A stretch of DNA of 32,000 bases from Neisseria perflava (GCF_024170405.1 NZ_JALJYC010000004.1:1-32000), one strand, 5' to 3'; positions 6,442-15,089 are shown, numbered from the stretch's first letter. The notes: generated by a model not told the origin, from the letters alone. Numbers and translations: made by a program.

Positions 6442-8757
6442 TCAGAATTCCAATTCGGCTTTCAGCCAGAAAGTACGCGGCATACCCAATACGGCGAAGC
6501 TGCGGTCGAATTGGCCGCGCTGTACCTGCCAATAGGCTTTGTTAAACAGGTTTTCTACGGCAGTGCTGACGGTCAGCTTGTTTTTATTGCCCAGCTTGGT
6601 GGTGTAGCGTGCGCCGACATCAACCAAGGTATAAGACGGGAAGGCGTATTTTTTCTGCGTATCTTGGTAAGATTTGCCGAAATATTGTACACCACCGGTC
6701 AAGGTCAGGCCGTTTACCCACGGCGTATCCCATTCGACACCGGCGCGGGCAATCACGTTCGGGTTGGCAACCTGTACGCCGGTAACCAAATTATCCGCAG
6801 CATTTGGGTAATCATATACACGCGACTGCAAATACATAAAGCTCAGGTTCGGGCGTAAAGTATTGTTCAGCAGATTGCCATATACGTTGAATTCAACACC
6901 TCGGCTGCGTTCTACGCCTTGCTCGTCACCTGCTGATGCGCCGGAAGCGGTAAAGTCGGTACCTGCATATTTTCCGGCAGAGTAATCCCAGCGGGCGGAA
7001 TTATGCGAACCGCGCCAGTAACCCGGACGGCGGATTTGGAAGGCATTTAAAGTCGTCACCACATCGCCCCAGTTCTTACGCACGCCGATTTCAAACTGGC
7101 GGCTGACGCGCGGCTTGGACATGGTTGTATTACCGTCATCGTCGGTTGAAATATCAGCCGGCTCTAAATCTTCCATGTAGTTACCGTAGAATACCAGATC
7201 AGGCTGCGGTACATAGGCCATCATTACCATCGGACTGAAACGGTGGGCTTTACCGGTTTCATGCTGCCAAGTGCCGCTATTGTATTTGTCGGTATAAGAC
7301 ACCCATTGGTAACGACCGCCGAGGGTCAGGCGGTATTTATTGTCCGCAAAACCCAAAGTATCAGAAACAGCCAAGCTGCTGACCTTAATGGCAGCATCCA
7401 AGGTAGTGGGCATTGTGGTCGGGATGGTCGGATTGTAAGCGGCCAGTTGCTCTGCGATACTGGTCGAACCGTAAGGCGTAATGGTTTTACTGCTACTGGA
7501 GGCGCTTTGCGCACTTTGCAGGGTTGTGCGGTTACGCACGATACGGTCAAATGCCGTACTCCAGTTGTGGCTGACCGGTCCGGTGTTAAATTCGCCACGC
7601 GCAGTCAGGTTCATGCTCAAGGTGCGGAAATATTGGTCGGTAAAGCGCGATTGGCCGGTGGTATATTGCGAACCATCGCAGCTGTTGCCATTGGAAGCTG
7701 CTGTTTGGTTTGCATTGTAACAGGCTGTCGGTGAGATCAACGTGCCATAATAACGCGCTTTGTTGTAGCCGATACCGCCTGAAATCTGTACCGGCGCATC
7801 CAAATCATACTCAAAAGTCATCATATGCGTTTGGCTGACGGTATTCTGCCAGTTCCAACCCGGCAACAGATTGGTATCGCCATCAGGCGCGTCAAACAGG
7901 CGGCCTTGGGCGTTTTGAATGTCCTGGATACGCGCACGGCCGCCGCTGGTTTTACGTTTGGCGTATGAGGTATCGAAAGCGACACGCAATTTTTCGCCGC
8001 GATAATCGGCATTCAAAGCATATTCGTTGTTATTTTCTTTGTAATCATCGCGCGGGGTGTCGCCGACGCGCTTTTTACCGTTGACGCGAACGCCCCACTC
8101 TTTGTTTTCGCCGAAGCGCTGCCCCAAATCAAACGTACCTTCTACGCGGCTGTCGGTATAATAGCCGACACCGATTTTACGGTTGCCCTCATCGCTGGCT
8201 TTTTTGGTTTCGATATTTACCGAACCTGATACCGCACCTTCCGGATCCATGCCGTTTACGGCAGTGGACGCGCCCTTAATCAACTGCGCCGAAGCCACGT
8301 TGACGCTAGACGTACCTTGCGTACCGTACATACCGGCCAAACCGTTGACGCTGAATTGACGGGCGTCTAATTGATAACCGCGAAAATACAGGCCGGTCAG
8401 GGTATTGGATTCACCGCCGAATTGCCACACAGACGCATCTTTTTTCGCAATCGCGTCCACCAATGTGCGTGCACCTGAATTGTCGAGCGCTTTTTCATCA
8501 TAGTTAACCACGGTAATCGGCGCGGTAAACGCATTGGCCTTACCCAGCAGGCTCAGGTTGACGCGGTCGCGCAAATCGCCGTCGCTGGCAATGGAATATG
8601 AGCGGGCGGCATGCGCAATTTTTTTATCGCCTTTCACTTCAACCTGTTTGAGCTCGGTTTGGTTGGTTGTTTCAGCGGCGGTTGCAGCGGTATCGTCCTC
8701 AGCATAGGCAAATGCGCTGAGAATCAGCAGCGGCATCAGGGCTAGTTTGCTTTTCAT
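6442..8757 (-). CDS. TonB-dependent outer-membrane receptor (siderophore/metal-type)
   Basis: Signal peptide MKSKLALMPLLILSAFAYA, followed by a plug region (LIKGASTAVNGMDPEGAVSGSVNI). There is a long beta-barrel with alternating aromatic patterns and a C-terminal ...TFWLKAELEF with terminal Phe. The ORF-track start at 8919 gives a non-signal, AT-rich extension; the ATG at 8757 gives a proper signal peptide. Confidence 0.9.
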   Translation of the reverse strand: MKSKLALMPLLILSAFAYAEDDTAATAAETTNQTELKQVEVKGDKKIAHAARSYSIASDGDLRDRVNLSLLGKANAFTAPITVVNYDEKALDNSGARTLVDAIAKKDASVWQFGGESNTLTGLYFRGYQLDARQFSVNGLAGMYGTQGTSSVNVASAQLIKGASTAVNGMDPEGAVSGSVNIETKKASDEGNRKIGVGYYTDSRVEGTFDLGQRFGENKEWGVRVNGKKRVGDTPRDDYKENNNEYALNADYRGEKLRVAFDTSYAKRKTSGGRARIQDIQNAQGRLFDAPDGDTNLLPGWNWQNTVSQTHMMTFEYDLDAPVQISGGIGYNKARYYGTLISPTACYNANQTAASNGNSCDGSQYTTGQSRFTDQYFRTLSMNLTARGEFNTGPVSHNWSTAFDRIVRNRTTLQSAQSASSSSKTITPYGSTSIAEQLAAYNPTIPTTMPTTLDAAIKVSSLAVSDTLGFADNKYRLTLGGRYQWVSYTDKYNSGTWQHETGKAHRFSPMVMMAYVPQPDLVFYGNYMEDLEPADISTDDDGNTTMSKPRVSRQFEIGVRKNWGDVVTTLNAFQIRRPGYWRGSHNSARWDYSAGKYAGTDFTASGASAGDEQGVERSRGVEFNVYGNLLNNTLRPNLSFMYLQSRVYDYPNAADNLVTGVQVANPNVIARAGVEWDTPWVNGLTLTGGVQYFGKSYQDTQKKYAFPSYTLVDVGARYTTKLGNKNKLTVSTAVENLFNKAYWQVQRGQFDRSFAVLGMPRTFWLKAELEF

Positions 8758-8862
8758 GTCGTATTCTCTTCTGATGATTTTTTGTTGGGTAAGGTAAAAA
8801 AGTACAAAGTAATTTTGTGTAACGATTATATTTGATAACATTCGGCTTTGCCATAAAATGCG

Positions 8863-8881
8863 GTTAATAATGATTCTTATC
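8863..8881 (-). promoter_or_regulatory. Candidate Fur box upstream of the TonB-dependent receptor
   Basis: The minus strand reads GATAAGAATCATTATTAAC. The core AATCATTAT is identical to the corresponding part of the Fur consensus GATAATGATAATCATTATC, and about 12/19 positions match overall. It lies about 105 nt upstream of the ATG in the 265-bp divergent region. Confidence 0.3.
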
Positions 8882-9022
8882 GCTAAGGCATTCGCGAAAA
8901 TGCAACATCGGCGCAACAAACCGCCACACCCTTAAATACCCCTGTCATTTTTGACTGTTTTGACTTTTCAGACGGCCTCAACATGCCGCTAACGACACTT
9001 TAAAAATAAGACCCCGCATATC

Positions 9023-10792
9023 ATGGAAAAATGGCAGATTGAGCTTTACGGTACACCGCTTTGGCTGGCGCAGACGCTTTTGGGCGTGTTGCTGGTTTTG
9101 GCGGTGGTGCTGTTTTTTGCAGCCAAAACACATTTCGGGCGCGAGTTCAAATATATTTTGAAGCTGTGCCTGACCCGCCGCAGCAGCGGAAAGATTCTGG
9201 CTGCCGTGGTGTTGATGATTGTTTTACTGCTGACCGAAGTGCGGCTGAACGTATTGAGCACGTTTATGTCCAACGGCCTGTACAGCTCCATGCAAGATAT
9301 GAAAATTGCCGCATTTTGGCAATTTGCAGTATTAAATGCCGGCGTGGTCTTGCTGCGCACGTTTAACGGCGTCATCAACGATTTTCTCGATCAGGGCTTG
9401 GCGATTAAGTGGTCGGAAAAGCTTAATGCAGTTTTGGTGTCGCGCTGGCTGGCGGATAAAAATTACTACCGCCTGCAAATGCGCCGCCATGCGCCGGACA
9501 ATATCGACCAGCGTATCCAGCAGGACGCGCAAGACTTTATCAAATCGACGATTGAATTTGTGCGCGGTATGCTCAATTCGGTGGTGTCGTCGCTGGAATT
9601 TGCTTTTGTCTTGTGGGGCTTGGCGGGGATTTTAACCATCTTCGGCTTCGATATTCCGCGCGGAATTGTGTGGTTTGTGTTTATCTTTGTGATTTTGGCG
9701 ACCTTCATCGCCATGTGGATTGGTAATCCGCTGATTCGTTACAATTATGAAAACGAAAGGCTCAACGGCGATTACCGCTATTCGCTGATTCGCGTGCGCG
9801 ACCATGCCGAAAGCGTGGCGTTTTACCACGGCGAGGCTTGCGAGCAGCAGCAGTTGGGCGAACGCTTCAAGGCGATTATCCGCAACCGCTGGCGCATTGC
9901 GCGGCAAAGTGTGGGCTTGAGCGGGTTTAACGATATATTCAGCAACGGTATCCAGCTCTTGCCGATTATTTTGCAGGCGCCGCGCCTGTTTGCCGGACAG
10001 ATTAAAATCGGCGATATTCAGCAGACGGTACAAGCGTTTGCGCGTTTGCAAAAAGCGCTGTCATTTTTCCGCCTGTTTTACGAAGATTTCACCGCCTACC
10101 GCGCGCGCTTGGAGCGTTTATACGGCTTTTTGTTGAGCACGCAAGACAAACACATCGCGCAAACGCCTAATATCAGCGAGATTTCAGACGGCCTTAAGCT
10201 GGATAATGTCACGCTCTACCGCCACAACGGTGAAATCCTGCTCGGCGGTATCTATATCAACGTCAAAAGCGGCGATTCGCTGCTGATTAAAGGGCCGAGC
10301 GGCTGCGGCAAGACTTCGCTGCTGCGTTCGCTGGCGGGGCTGTGGCCGTTTGGCTGCTCCGGCGATATTGCCAAGCCGCCGCGCGATGAGATTTTATTTG
10401 TGCCGCAGCGCCCTTACACCCCGCAAGGCAGCTTGCGCGAGGCGATTTGTTATCCGCATATCCAAGCGTCGCAGGAAGAATTGGCAGATGCCATGCGCAG
10501 TTGCCGCCTGAATTATCTGATTGCGCGTTTGGATAAGGTCGATGACTGGCAAAACAAACTCTCGCCGGGCGAATTGCAGCGCGTTGCTTTCTGCCGCGCC
10601 CTGCTCTCCCACGCCAAAGTGGTGCTGCTGGACGAAGCCACATCCGCGCTGGACGAGCCGACCGAGGCCATGCTCTACCGCGCCATCCGCGCCAAACTGC
10701 CCAACAGCATTATCGTCAGCATCGGCCACCGCAGCAGCCTGAATGCGTTTCACAATGTATTTTTGGATGTAGGCGCAGTACGCTGCGATTGA
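9023..10792 (+). CDS. Fused SbmA/BacA-type transmembrane domain + ABC ATPase (YddA / Rv1819c-like transporter)
   Basis: The N-terminal TMD contains YYRLQ...PDNIDQRIQQDAQDF and NGDYRYSLIRVRDHAESVAFYHGE, typical of the ABC_membrane_2/SbmA_BacA type. The C-terminal NBD has Walker A GPSGCGKTS, signature LSPGELQR and Walker B VVLLDEATSALD. 589 aa. Confidence 0.88.
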   Translation: MEKWQIELYGTPLWLAQTLLGVLLVLAVVLFFAAKTHFGREFKYILKLCLTRRSSGKILAAVVLMIVLLLTEVRLNVLSTFMSNGLYSSMQDMKIAAFWQFAVLNAGVVLLRTFNGVINDFLDQGLAIKWSEKLNAVLVSRWLADKNYYRLQMRRHAPDNIDQRIQQDAQDFIKSTIEFVRGMLNSVVSSLEFAFVLWGLAGILTIFGFDIPRGIVWFVFIFVILATFIAMWIGNPLIRYNYENERLNGDYRYSLIRVRDHAESVAFYHGEACEQQQLGERFKAIIRNRWRIARQSVGLSGFNDIFSNGIQLLPIILQAPRLFAGQIKIGDIQQTVQAFARLQKALSFFRLFYEDFTAYRARLERLYGFLLSTQDKHIAQTPNISEISDGLKLDNVTLYRHNGEILLGGIYINVKSGDSLLIKGPSGCGKTSLLRSLAGLWPFGCSGDIAKPPRDEILFVPQRPYTPQGSLREAICYPHIQASQEELADAMRSCRLNYLIARLDKVDDWQNKLSPGELQRVAFCRALLSHAKVVLLDEATSALDEPTEAMLYRAIRAKLPNSIIVSIGHRSSLNAFHNVFLDVGAVRCD

Positions 10793-10800
10793 TAAGGGCA

Positions 10801-10840
10801 AAGGCCGTCTGAAAAGCAAACAGCATTTTCAGACGGCCTT
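10801..10840 (+). terminator. Inverted DUS pair hairpin after the ABC transporter gene
   Basis: The sequence is AAGGCCGTCTGAAAA-(loop)-TTTTCAGACGGCCTT. Confidence 0.65.
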
Positions 10841-10879
10841 TCTGCTAAAATAAGCCCACACATTATCAGGAATACCGTC

Positions 10880-12184
10880 ATGCACGAAATCAAATGCCCG
10901 CACTGCCACACCGCCTTTACCGTCAACGAAGCCAGCTATGCCGACATTCTCAACCAGGTGCGCACGCAGGAATTTCAAAACGAAATCCGCGAGCGTTTGG
11001 CGCAGAGTCAGGCGCAGTTCCAAAGCGAGCTGCGTTTGGCCGAAACCCAAGCGCAGCAGCATTTGGAGCGCAAACTGGCGGAGAAAAACCGCGCCATTGA
11101 TGATTTGGTCAACCAACTCAAACAACACGAAACCGGCAGCCGCTTGGCAGTCAGTGAGGCCGAAGGCCGTCTGAAAGCGAAACTGGCCGAACAAGAAGCC
11201 GTCATCGCCCAGCTACGCGCCCAGGCGCAATCGCTGGCGGCAAGCAAAGACATGGAGAAAAAGCTGGAAGTTACCCAAGCCGTTGCCGAAAAAGACCGCC
11301 TCTTGGGAGATTTGAACGCGCAACTGGCATTGCAGGCCAAAGAGCGCGAATTGGAAAAGCAAAACCTGCGCGAGCGCTACGAAACCGAATTGAAACAAAA
11401 AGACGAAACCATCGCTTTTTATAAAGATTTCAAAGCGCGCCAGTCCACCAAAATGATCGGTGAGAGCTTGGAAATCCATTGCGAAACCGAGTTCAACCGC
11501 ATCCGCACCACTGCCTTCCCGCAGGCGCAGTTCGGCAAAGACAACGACGCGGCAAGCGGCAGCAAAGGCGACTATATCTACCGCGAATGCGATTCAGACG
11601 GCAACGAAATCATCTCGATTATGTTTGAGATGAAAAACGAAAATGACGAAACCGCCACTAAAAAGAAAAACGAACATTTTTTCAAAGAATTAGATAAAGA
11701 CCGCAACGAGAAAAAATGCGAATACGCCGTGTTGGTATCACTCTTGGAAGCCGACAGCGAGCTGTATAACAGCGGCATTGTCGATGTGTCGTATGCCTAT
11801 CAGAAAATGTATGTCGTGCGCCCGCAGTTTTTTATTCCGCTGATTTCCCTGCTGCGCAACGGCGCGCTCAATTCCTTGAAATACAAGCAGGAAGTGGCGC
11901 AAATGCGTGCGCAGAATATCGACATCACCAATTTTGAAGAAGATTTGAACGCCTTTAAAGAAGGCTTTGCCCGCAATTACGACTTGGCCAGCCGCAAATT
12001 TCAGACGGCCATCGACGAAATCGACAAAATCATCAGCCATCTGCAGAAAACCAAAGAAGCGCTGCTGTCCTCGGAAAACAACCTGCGCTTGGCGAATAAC
12101 AAGGCTTCGGATTTGACCGTGAAAAAACTGGTAAAAAAGAATCCGACCATGAAAGCGGCGTTTGAGGCGTTGGAGAAAGAATAA
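10880..12184 (+). CDS. DUF2130 family protein (Zn-ribbon + long coiled coil + PD-(D/E)xK-like C-terminal domain)
   Basis: Starts [32 protein letters not shown], followed by about 190 aa of Q/E/K/L-rich heptad sequence. The C-terminal region has GDYIYRE...[11 protein letters not shown] (a D...ExK signature). An SD (AGGAA) lies upstream. 434 aa. Confidence 0.85.
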   Translation: MHEIKCPHCHTAFTVNEASYADILNQVRTQEFQNEIRERLAQSQAQFQSELRLAETQAQQHLERKLAEKNRAIDDLVNQLKQHETGSRLAVSEAEGRLKAKLAEQEAVIAQLRAQAQSLAASKDMEKKLEVTQAVAEKDRLLGDLNAQLALQAKERELEKQNLRERYETELKQKDETIAFYKDFKARQSTKMIGESLEIHCETEFNRIRTTAFPQAQFGKDNDAASGSKGDYIYRECDSDGNEIISIMFEMKNENDETATKKKNEHFFKELDKDRNEKKCEYAVLVSLLEADSELYNSGIVDVSYAYQKMYVVRPQFFIPLISLLRNGALNSLKYKQEVAQMRAQNIDITNFEEDLNAFKEGFARNYDLASRKFQTAIDEIDKIISHLQKTKEALLSSENNLRLANNKASDLTVKKLVKKNPTMKAAFEALEKE

Positions 12185-12193
12185 GAAAATATT

Positions 12194-12799
12194 ATGTCTT
12201 ACAAAAATTCTTCATGTGCTTTTTTTACCATTGCTAGAAAATTCCTATCATTAGCTCAAGTCTGTACTGATGAGTTGATAAAAGAAAGAAATCCTTTCTG
12301 TATAGTTTCTGATAGGCTCCTATCTAGCAGTGATATAGAACGGGCAACTAAATGGTCTGATAGGGTCGTTTCTATTCCCATACTATTTAATTTTTATCAT
12401 GGTTTAGAATTAACCATTAAAGGTTGCTTATGCCTTCAGTTGCAAAAAACTGAAATTAAAGGTCATAAATTTTCTGAGCTTATTGAAAAGCTTAATAAAG
12501 ATTTAATTGGAGAAAATTTATTTTCTTTGATTACAAAGTACACAATTAACCTTAAAGAAACTACACTTCTAGATCCAAATATAATTTTGGAATTTTTAAA
12601 CGAAAATGAGATAGATATTGATTCATGGTATGAAGCATTAAAGTATCCTTCTGGCAAGGAAGGTCATAGTTTTAATCATATTGCGTTGAAATATGGGAGC
12701 AAGAGAACCTTGCCATTTTGGGAACAACTATCTAGTGATATTGACAAATTAAAAGTCTTATCTGGAGAATATTTTCATCTGCACACCCATCAACCATAA
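12194..12799 (+). CDS. AT-rich hypothetical protein, 201 aa, HEPN-like helical pattern (function unknown)
   Basis: A clean 201-codon ORF with 9-nt gaps to both neighbours. Sampled G+C is 20/60 (12421-12480) and 14/60 (12541-12600), against 37/60 in cca (12841-12900). FNFYHGLELTIKGCL, GHKFSELIEKL and WYEALKYPSG resemble the HEPN alpha2/alpha3/RYP pattern. No canonical Rx4-6H motif is present. Confidence 0.6.
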   Translation: MSYKNSSCAFFTIARKFLSLAQVCTDELIKERNPFCIVSDRLLSSSDIERATKWSDRVVSIPILFNFYHGLELTIKGCLCLQLQKTEIKGHKFSELIEKLNKDLIGENLFSLITKYTINLKETTLLDPNIILEFLNENEIDIDSWYEALKYPSGKEGHSFNHIALKYGSKRTLPFWEQLSSDIDKLKVLSGEYFHLHTHQP

Positions 12800-12808
12800 G
12801 GAATCCCC

Positions 12809-14056
12809 ATGCAAATCTATCTTGTCGGCGGCGCGGTGCGCGATGCCCTGCTCGGATTGGAAGTGAAAGACCGCGATTGGGTGGTGGTCGGCGCTAATGC
12901 CGAAACCATGACGGCGCAGGGTTTTCAGCCGGTCGGCCGCGATTTTCCCGTGTTTCTGCACCCTAAAACGCATGAAGAATACGCCCTTGCCCGTACCGAG
13001 CGCAAAACCGCCAAAGGCTATGCCGGTTTTAGTTTTCATGCGGATGAAAGCGTGACGTTGGAGCAGGATTTGCTGCGCCGCGATTTGACGATTAATGCCA
13101 TGGCGCAGGATTCAGACGGCCGCATTATCGATCCTTTCGGCGGACGGCAGGATTTGGCCGACGGCGTGTTGCGCCATGTTTCGCCTGCGTTTGCCGAAGA
13201 TCCGGTCAGAATTTTGCGCATTGCCCGTTTTGCCGCGCGTTACGGCTTTGTCGTGGCGCCGGAAACCATGACGTTGATGAAACAGATGGTTGCCGACGGC
13301 GAAGCGGATGCGTTGGTGGCCGAGCGGGTGTGGCAGGAGCTGGCGAAAGGTTTGATGGAGCGGCAGCCGCGCCGTATGGTTGAAATTTTGCGGGAATGCG
13401 GCGCGTTGGCGGTGATTTTGCCGGAAGTGGACGCGCTTTTCGGCGTGCCGCAGCGTGCGGACTACCACCCCGAAATCGACAGCGGCATTCATACGCTGAT
13501 GGTGCTGCAACGCGCAGCCGATATGGGCTTAACCCTGCCCGAACGCTATGCGGCGCTGTTGCACGATTTGGGCAAAGCGCTCACGCCGCCGGATATTCTG
13601 CCCAAGCATTACGGCCATGATGTCAACGGCGTGCCGCTGGTGCGCGGGGTGAACGGGCGTTTGCGTGCGCCCAAAGCCTGCGCGGAGCTGGCGGAATTGG
13701 TGTGCCGCTGGCATATCCTGTTCCATAAGGTCGGGCAGCTGAAAACCGCTACGGTATTGAAAATTTTGAAACAAACCGATGCTTTCCGCCGCCCCGAGCG
13801 TTTTCAGACGGCCTTAAATGTCTGCGTGGCCGACCAGCAAGGCCGTCTGAATTTTGAACAGGTGCCCTACCCGCAGCGTGCGCACTGGCTCTCGTTGCTG
13901 GCTGCCGCCAATACGGTGGACTCGGGTGCGATTGCCGCCGAATACCGCGCCATGAACCAAGCGCATTTGATTGCGGAAAAAATCGACGCCGCCCGCCGTG
14001 AGCAGATGGCGCCGGTGCAAAAAGCCTATCAAGCGGCATTACAAAAAAACAAATAG
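12809..14056 (+). CDS. cca: Multifunctional CCA-adding tRNA nucleotidyltransferase (NTase + HD phosphohydrolase)
   Basis: Contains MQIYLVGGAVRDALLG..KDRDWVV, RDLTINAMA and ED(P)VRILRIARFAARYGF. The HD domain shows HPEIDSGIHTLMV...LLHDLGK. 415 aa. Confidence 0.95.
   Translation: MQIYLVGGAVRDALLGLEVKDRDWVVVGANAETMTAQGFQPVGRDFPVFLHPKTHEEYALARTERKTAKGYAGFSFHADESVTLEQDLLRRDLTINAMAQDSDGRIIDPFGGRQDLADGVLRHVSPAFAEDPVRILRIARFAARYGFVVAPETMTLMKQMVADGEADALVAERVWQELAKGLMERQPRRMVEILRECGALAVILPEVDALFGVPQRADYHPEIDSGIHTLMVLQRAADMGLTLPERYAALLHDLGKALTPPDILPKHYGHDVNGVPLVRGVNGRLRAPKACAELAELVCRWHILFHKVGQLKTATVLKILKQTDAFRRPERFQTALNVCVADQQGRLNFEQVPYPQRAHWLSLLAAANTVDSGAIAAEYRAMNQAHLIAEKIDAARREQMAPVQKAYQAALQKNK
13803..13851. 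repeat. Inverted DUS pair inside the cca coding sequence
   Basis: The sequence is TTCAGACGGCCTT-(23 nt)-AAGGCCGTCTGAA, and both 13-mers are perfect. Confidence 0.8.
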
Positions 14057-14092
14057 GCCGGATTTACCCTGTTTGTCCGTTGCGACTATAAT

Positions 14093-14407
14093 ATGCCCTT
14101 TCCTTCCCTGACCTCAAACATGACCACCGATTCCAAACACCTGCTTATCCGCTGGCTGATTGTCTGCCTGATTCCGCTGATTACCCTGCTGGCGTTTGTC
14201 GTGTTTCCGCCTGCCGACCATACGCAATATCTGATTAACGGCATTATTCTGGCTTGCGAAGCGACGTTTTTATTCAAATTCGTTTTGTTTGACGTGATTA
14301 AATTTCATTTGAAACAAGACGGCGTAATGAGACGTAAAACGGCGTGGCAGTTTGCACCGATTGTGGTGTTGATTGTGTATCTGTTCCATTATTTTGGCGC
14401 GTTTTAA
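14093..14407 (+). CDS. Small integral membrane protein, hypothetical
   Basis: 104 aa with three hydrophobic helices (LIRWLIVCLIPLITLLAFVVF, INGIILACEATFLFKFVLF, FAPIVVLIVYLFHYF). The start is uncertain; the alternative is an ATG at 14120. Confidence 0.5.
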   Translation: MPFPSLTSNMTTDSKHLLIRWLIVCLIPLITLLAFVVFPPADHTQYLINGIILACEATFLFKFVLFDVIKFHLKQDGVMRRKTAWQFAPIVVLIVYLFHYFGAF

Positions 14408-14415
14408 ATACAAAA

Positions 14416-14445
14416 ATGCCGTCTGAAAATATTTTCAGACGGCAT
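14416..14445. terminator. Inverted DUS pair hairpin between convergent genes (membrane protein / grcA)
   Basis: The sequence is ATGCCGTCTGAAAATATTTTCAGACGGCAT. Confidence 0.65.
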
Positions 14446-14466
14446 TTCTAAAGCGGTAATTAAAAA

Positions 14467-14856
14467 TTACAGGCTTTTTGTGAAGGTACGGGTAATTACG
14501 TCGCGTTGTTGTTCCGGAGTCAGGGAGTTGAAACGAACAGCGTAGCCTGATACGCGGATGGTCAATTGCGGGTATTTGTCAGGGTTGGCAACTGCGTCTT
14601 CCAAAGTTTCGCGAGACAATACGTTGACGTTCAGATGTTGGCCGCCTTCTACTTTCGGACGGACATTTACATCCAACGGGATTTCTTTGTAAGATACTTC
14701 GCCCAAATCGGCAAAAGCAACCACGGCATCGGCAGCGTAGCCGCTGGCTTCAGGAGCCACCAGGCAACGCGCTTCTTGAGTGGCGTCGTCCAACAACCAG
14801 AATGAGTTCAACAAAGCTTCGTTTGCTGCGTGTGTAATTTGAATACCTTTAATCAT
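14467..14856 (-). CDS. grcA: Autonomous glycyl radical cofactor GrcA (YfiD)
   Basis: Contains [33 protein letters not shown] and the glycyl-radical motif [30 protein letters not shown]. The ATG at 14856 has an upstream GAAAGGTGA SD; the ORF-track GTG at 14865 is less likely. Confidence 0.95.
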   Translation of the reverse strand: MIKGIQITHAANEALLNSFWLLDDATQEARCLVAPEASGYAADAVVAFADLGEVSYKEIPLDVNVRPKVEGGQHLNVNVLSRETLEDAVANPDKYPQLTIRVSGYAVRFNSLTPEQQRDVITRTFTKSL

Positions 14857-14934
14857 CAGTATCACCTTTCTCTTTCATTTTGTGGGAAAAATCATTTATC
14901 GTGAGTATTGTAGTACCCTGCTCTTGAAAAATAG

Positions 14935-14948
14935 TTGACTTAAATCAA
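14935..14948 (-). promoter_or_regulatory. FNR box (TTGAC-TTAA-ATCAA) in a class II arrangement on the grcA promoter
   Basis: Matches the FNR consensus TTGAT-N4-ATCAA at 9/10 positions. A TACAAT -10 hexamer (minus strand, 14912-14907) places the box centre about 41.5 nt upstream of the implied start site (~14900). E. coli grcA/yfiD is a known FNR target. Confidence 0.65.
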
Positions 14949-15089
14949 ATTACGAAAAGCTACAAGTCCTCTATTCAAGATATTGTCTCCATTGGGAAAA
15001 TATCAAGCGTTCGTGTACAATTCTTTACCCATCTGCTTTGGCGGTTTTTGCCGCTTTTCCCGTTCCCTATTTTATTATCGCCATTTTGT

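Noticed and set aside
8823-8841. A second Fur-like sequence, GATTATATTTGATAACATT
   Set aside because: It matches the 19-bp Fur consensus at only about 9-10/19 in either orientation, which is indistinguishable from generic AT-rich promoter DNA.
8758-8919. A 54-codon N-terminal extension of the TonB-dependent receptor ORF
   Set aside because: The extension is AT-rich promoter-like sequence with no signal peptide, whereas the internal ATG at 8757 gives MKSKLALMPLLILSAFAYA. The same type of over-extension was rejected for radC (30782-31081), efp (16157-16288), rpe (17755-17796), ruvX (28277-28360), earP (15048-15089) and grcA (14857-14865).
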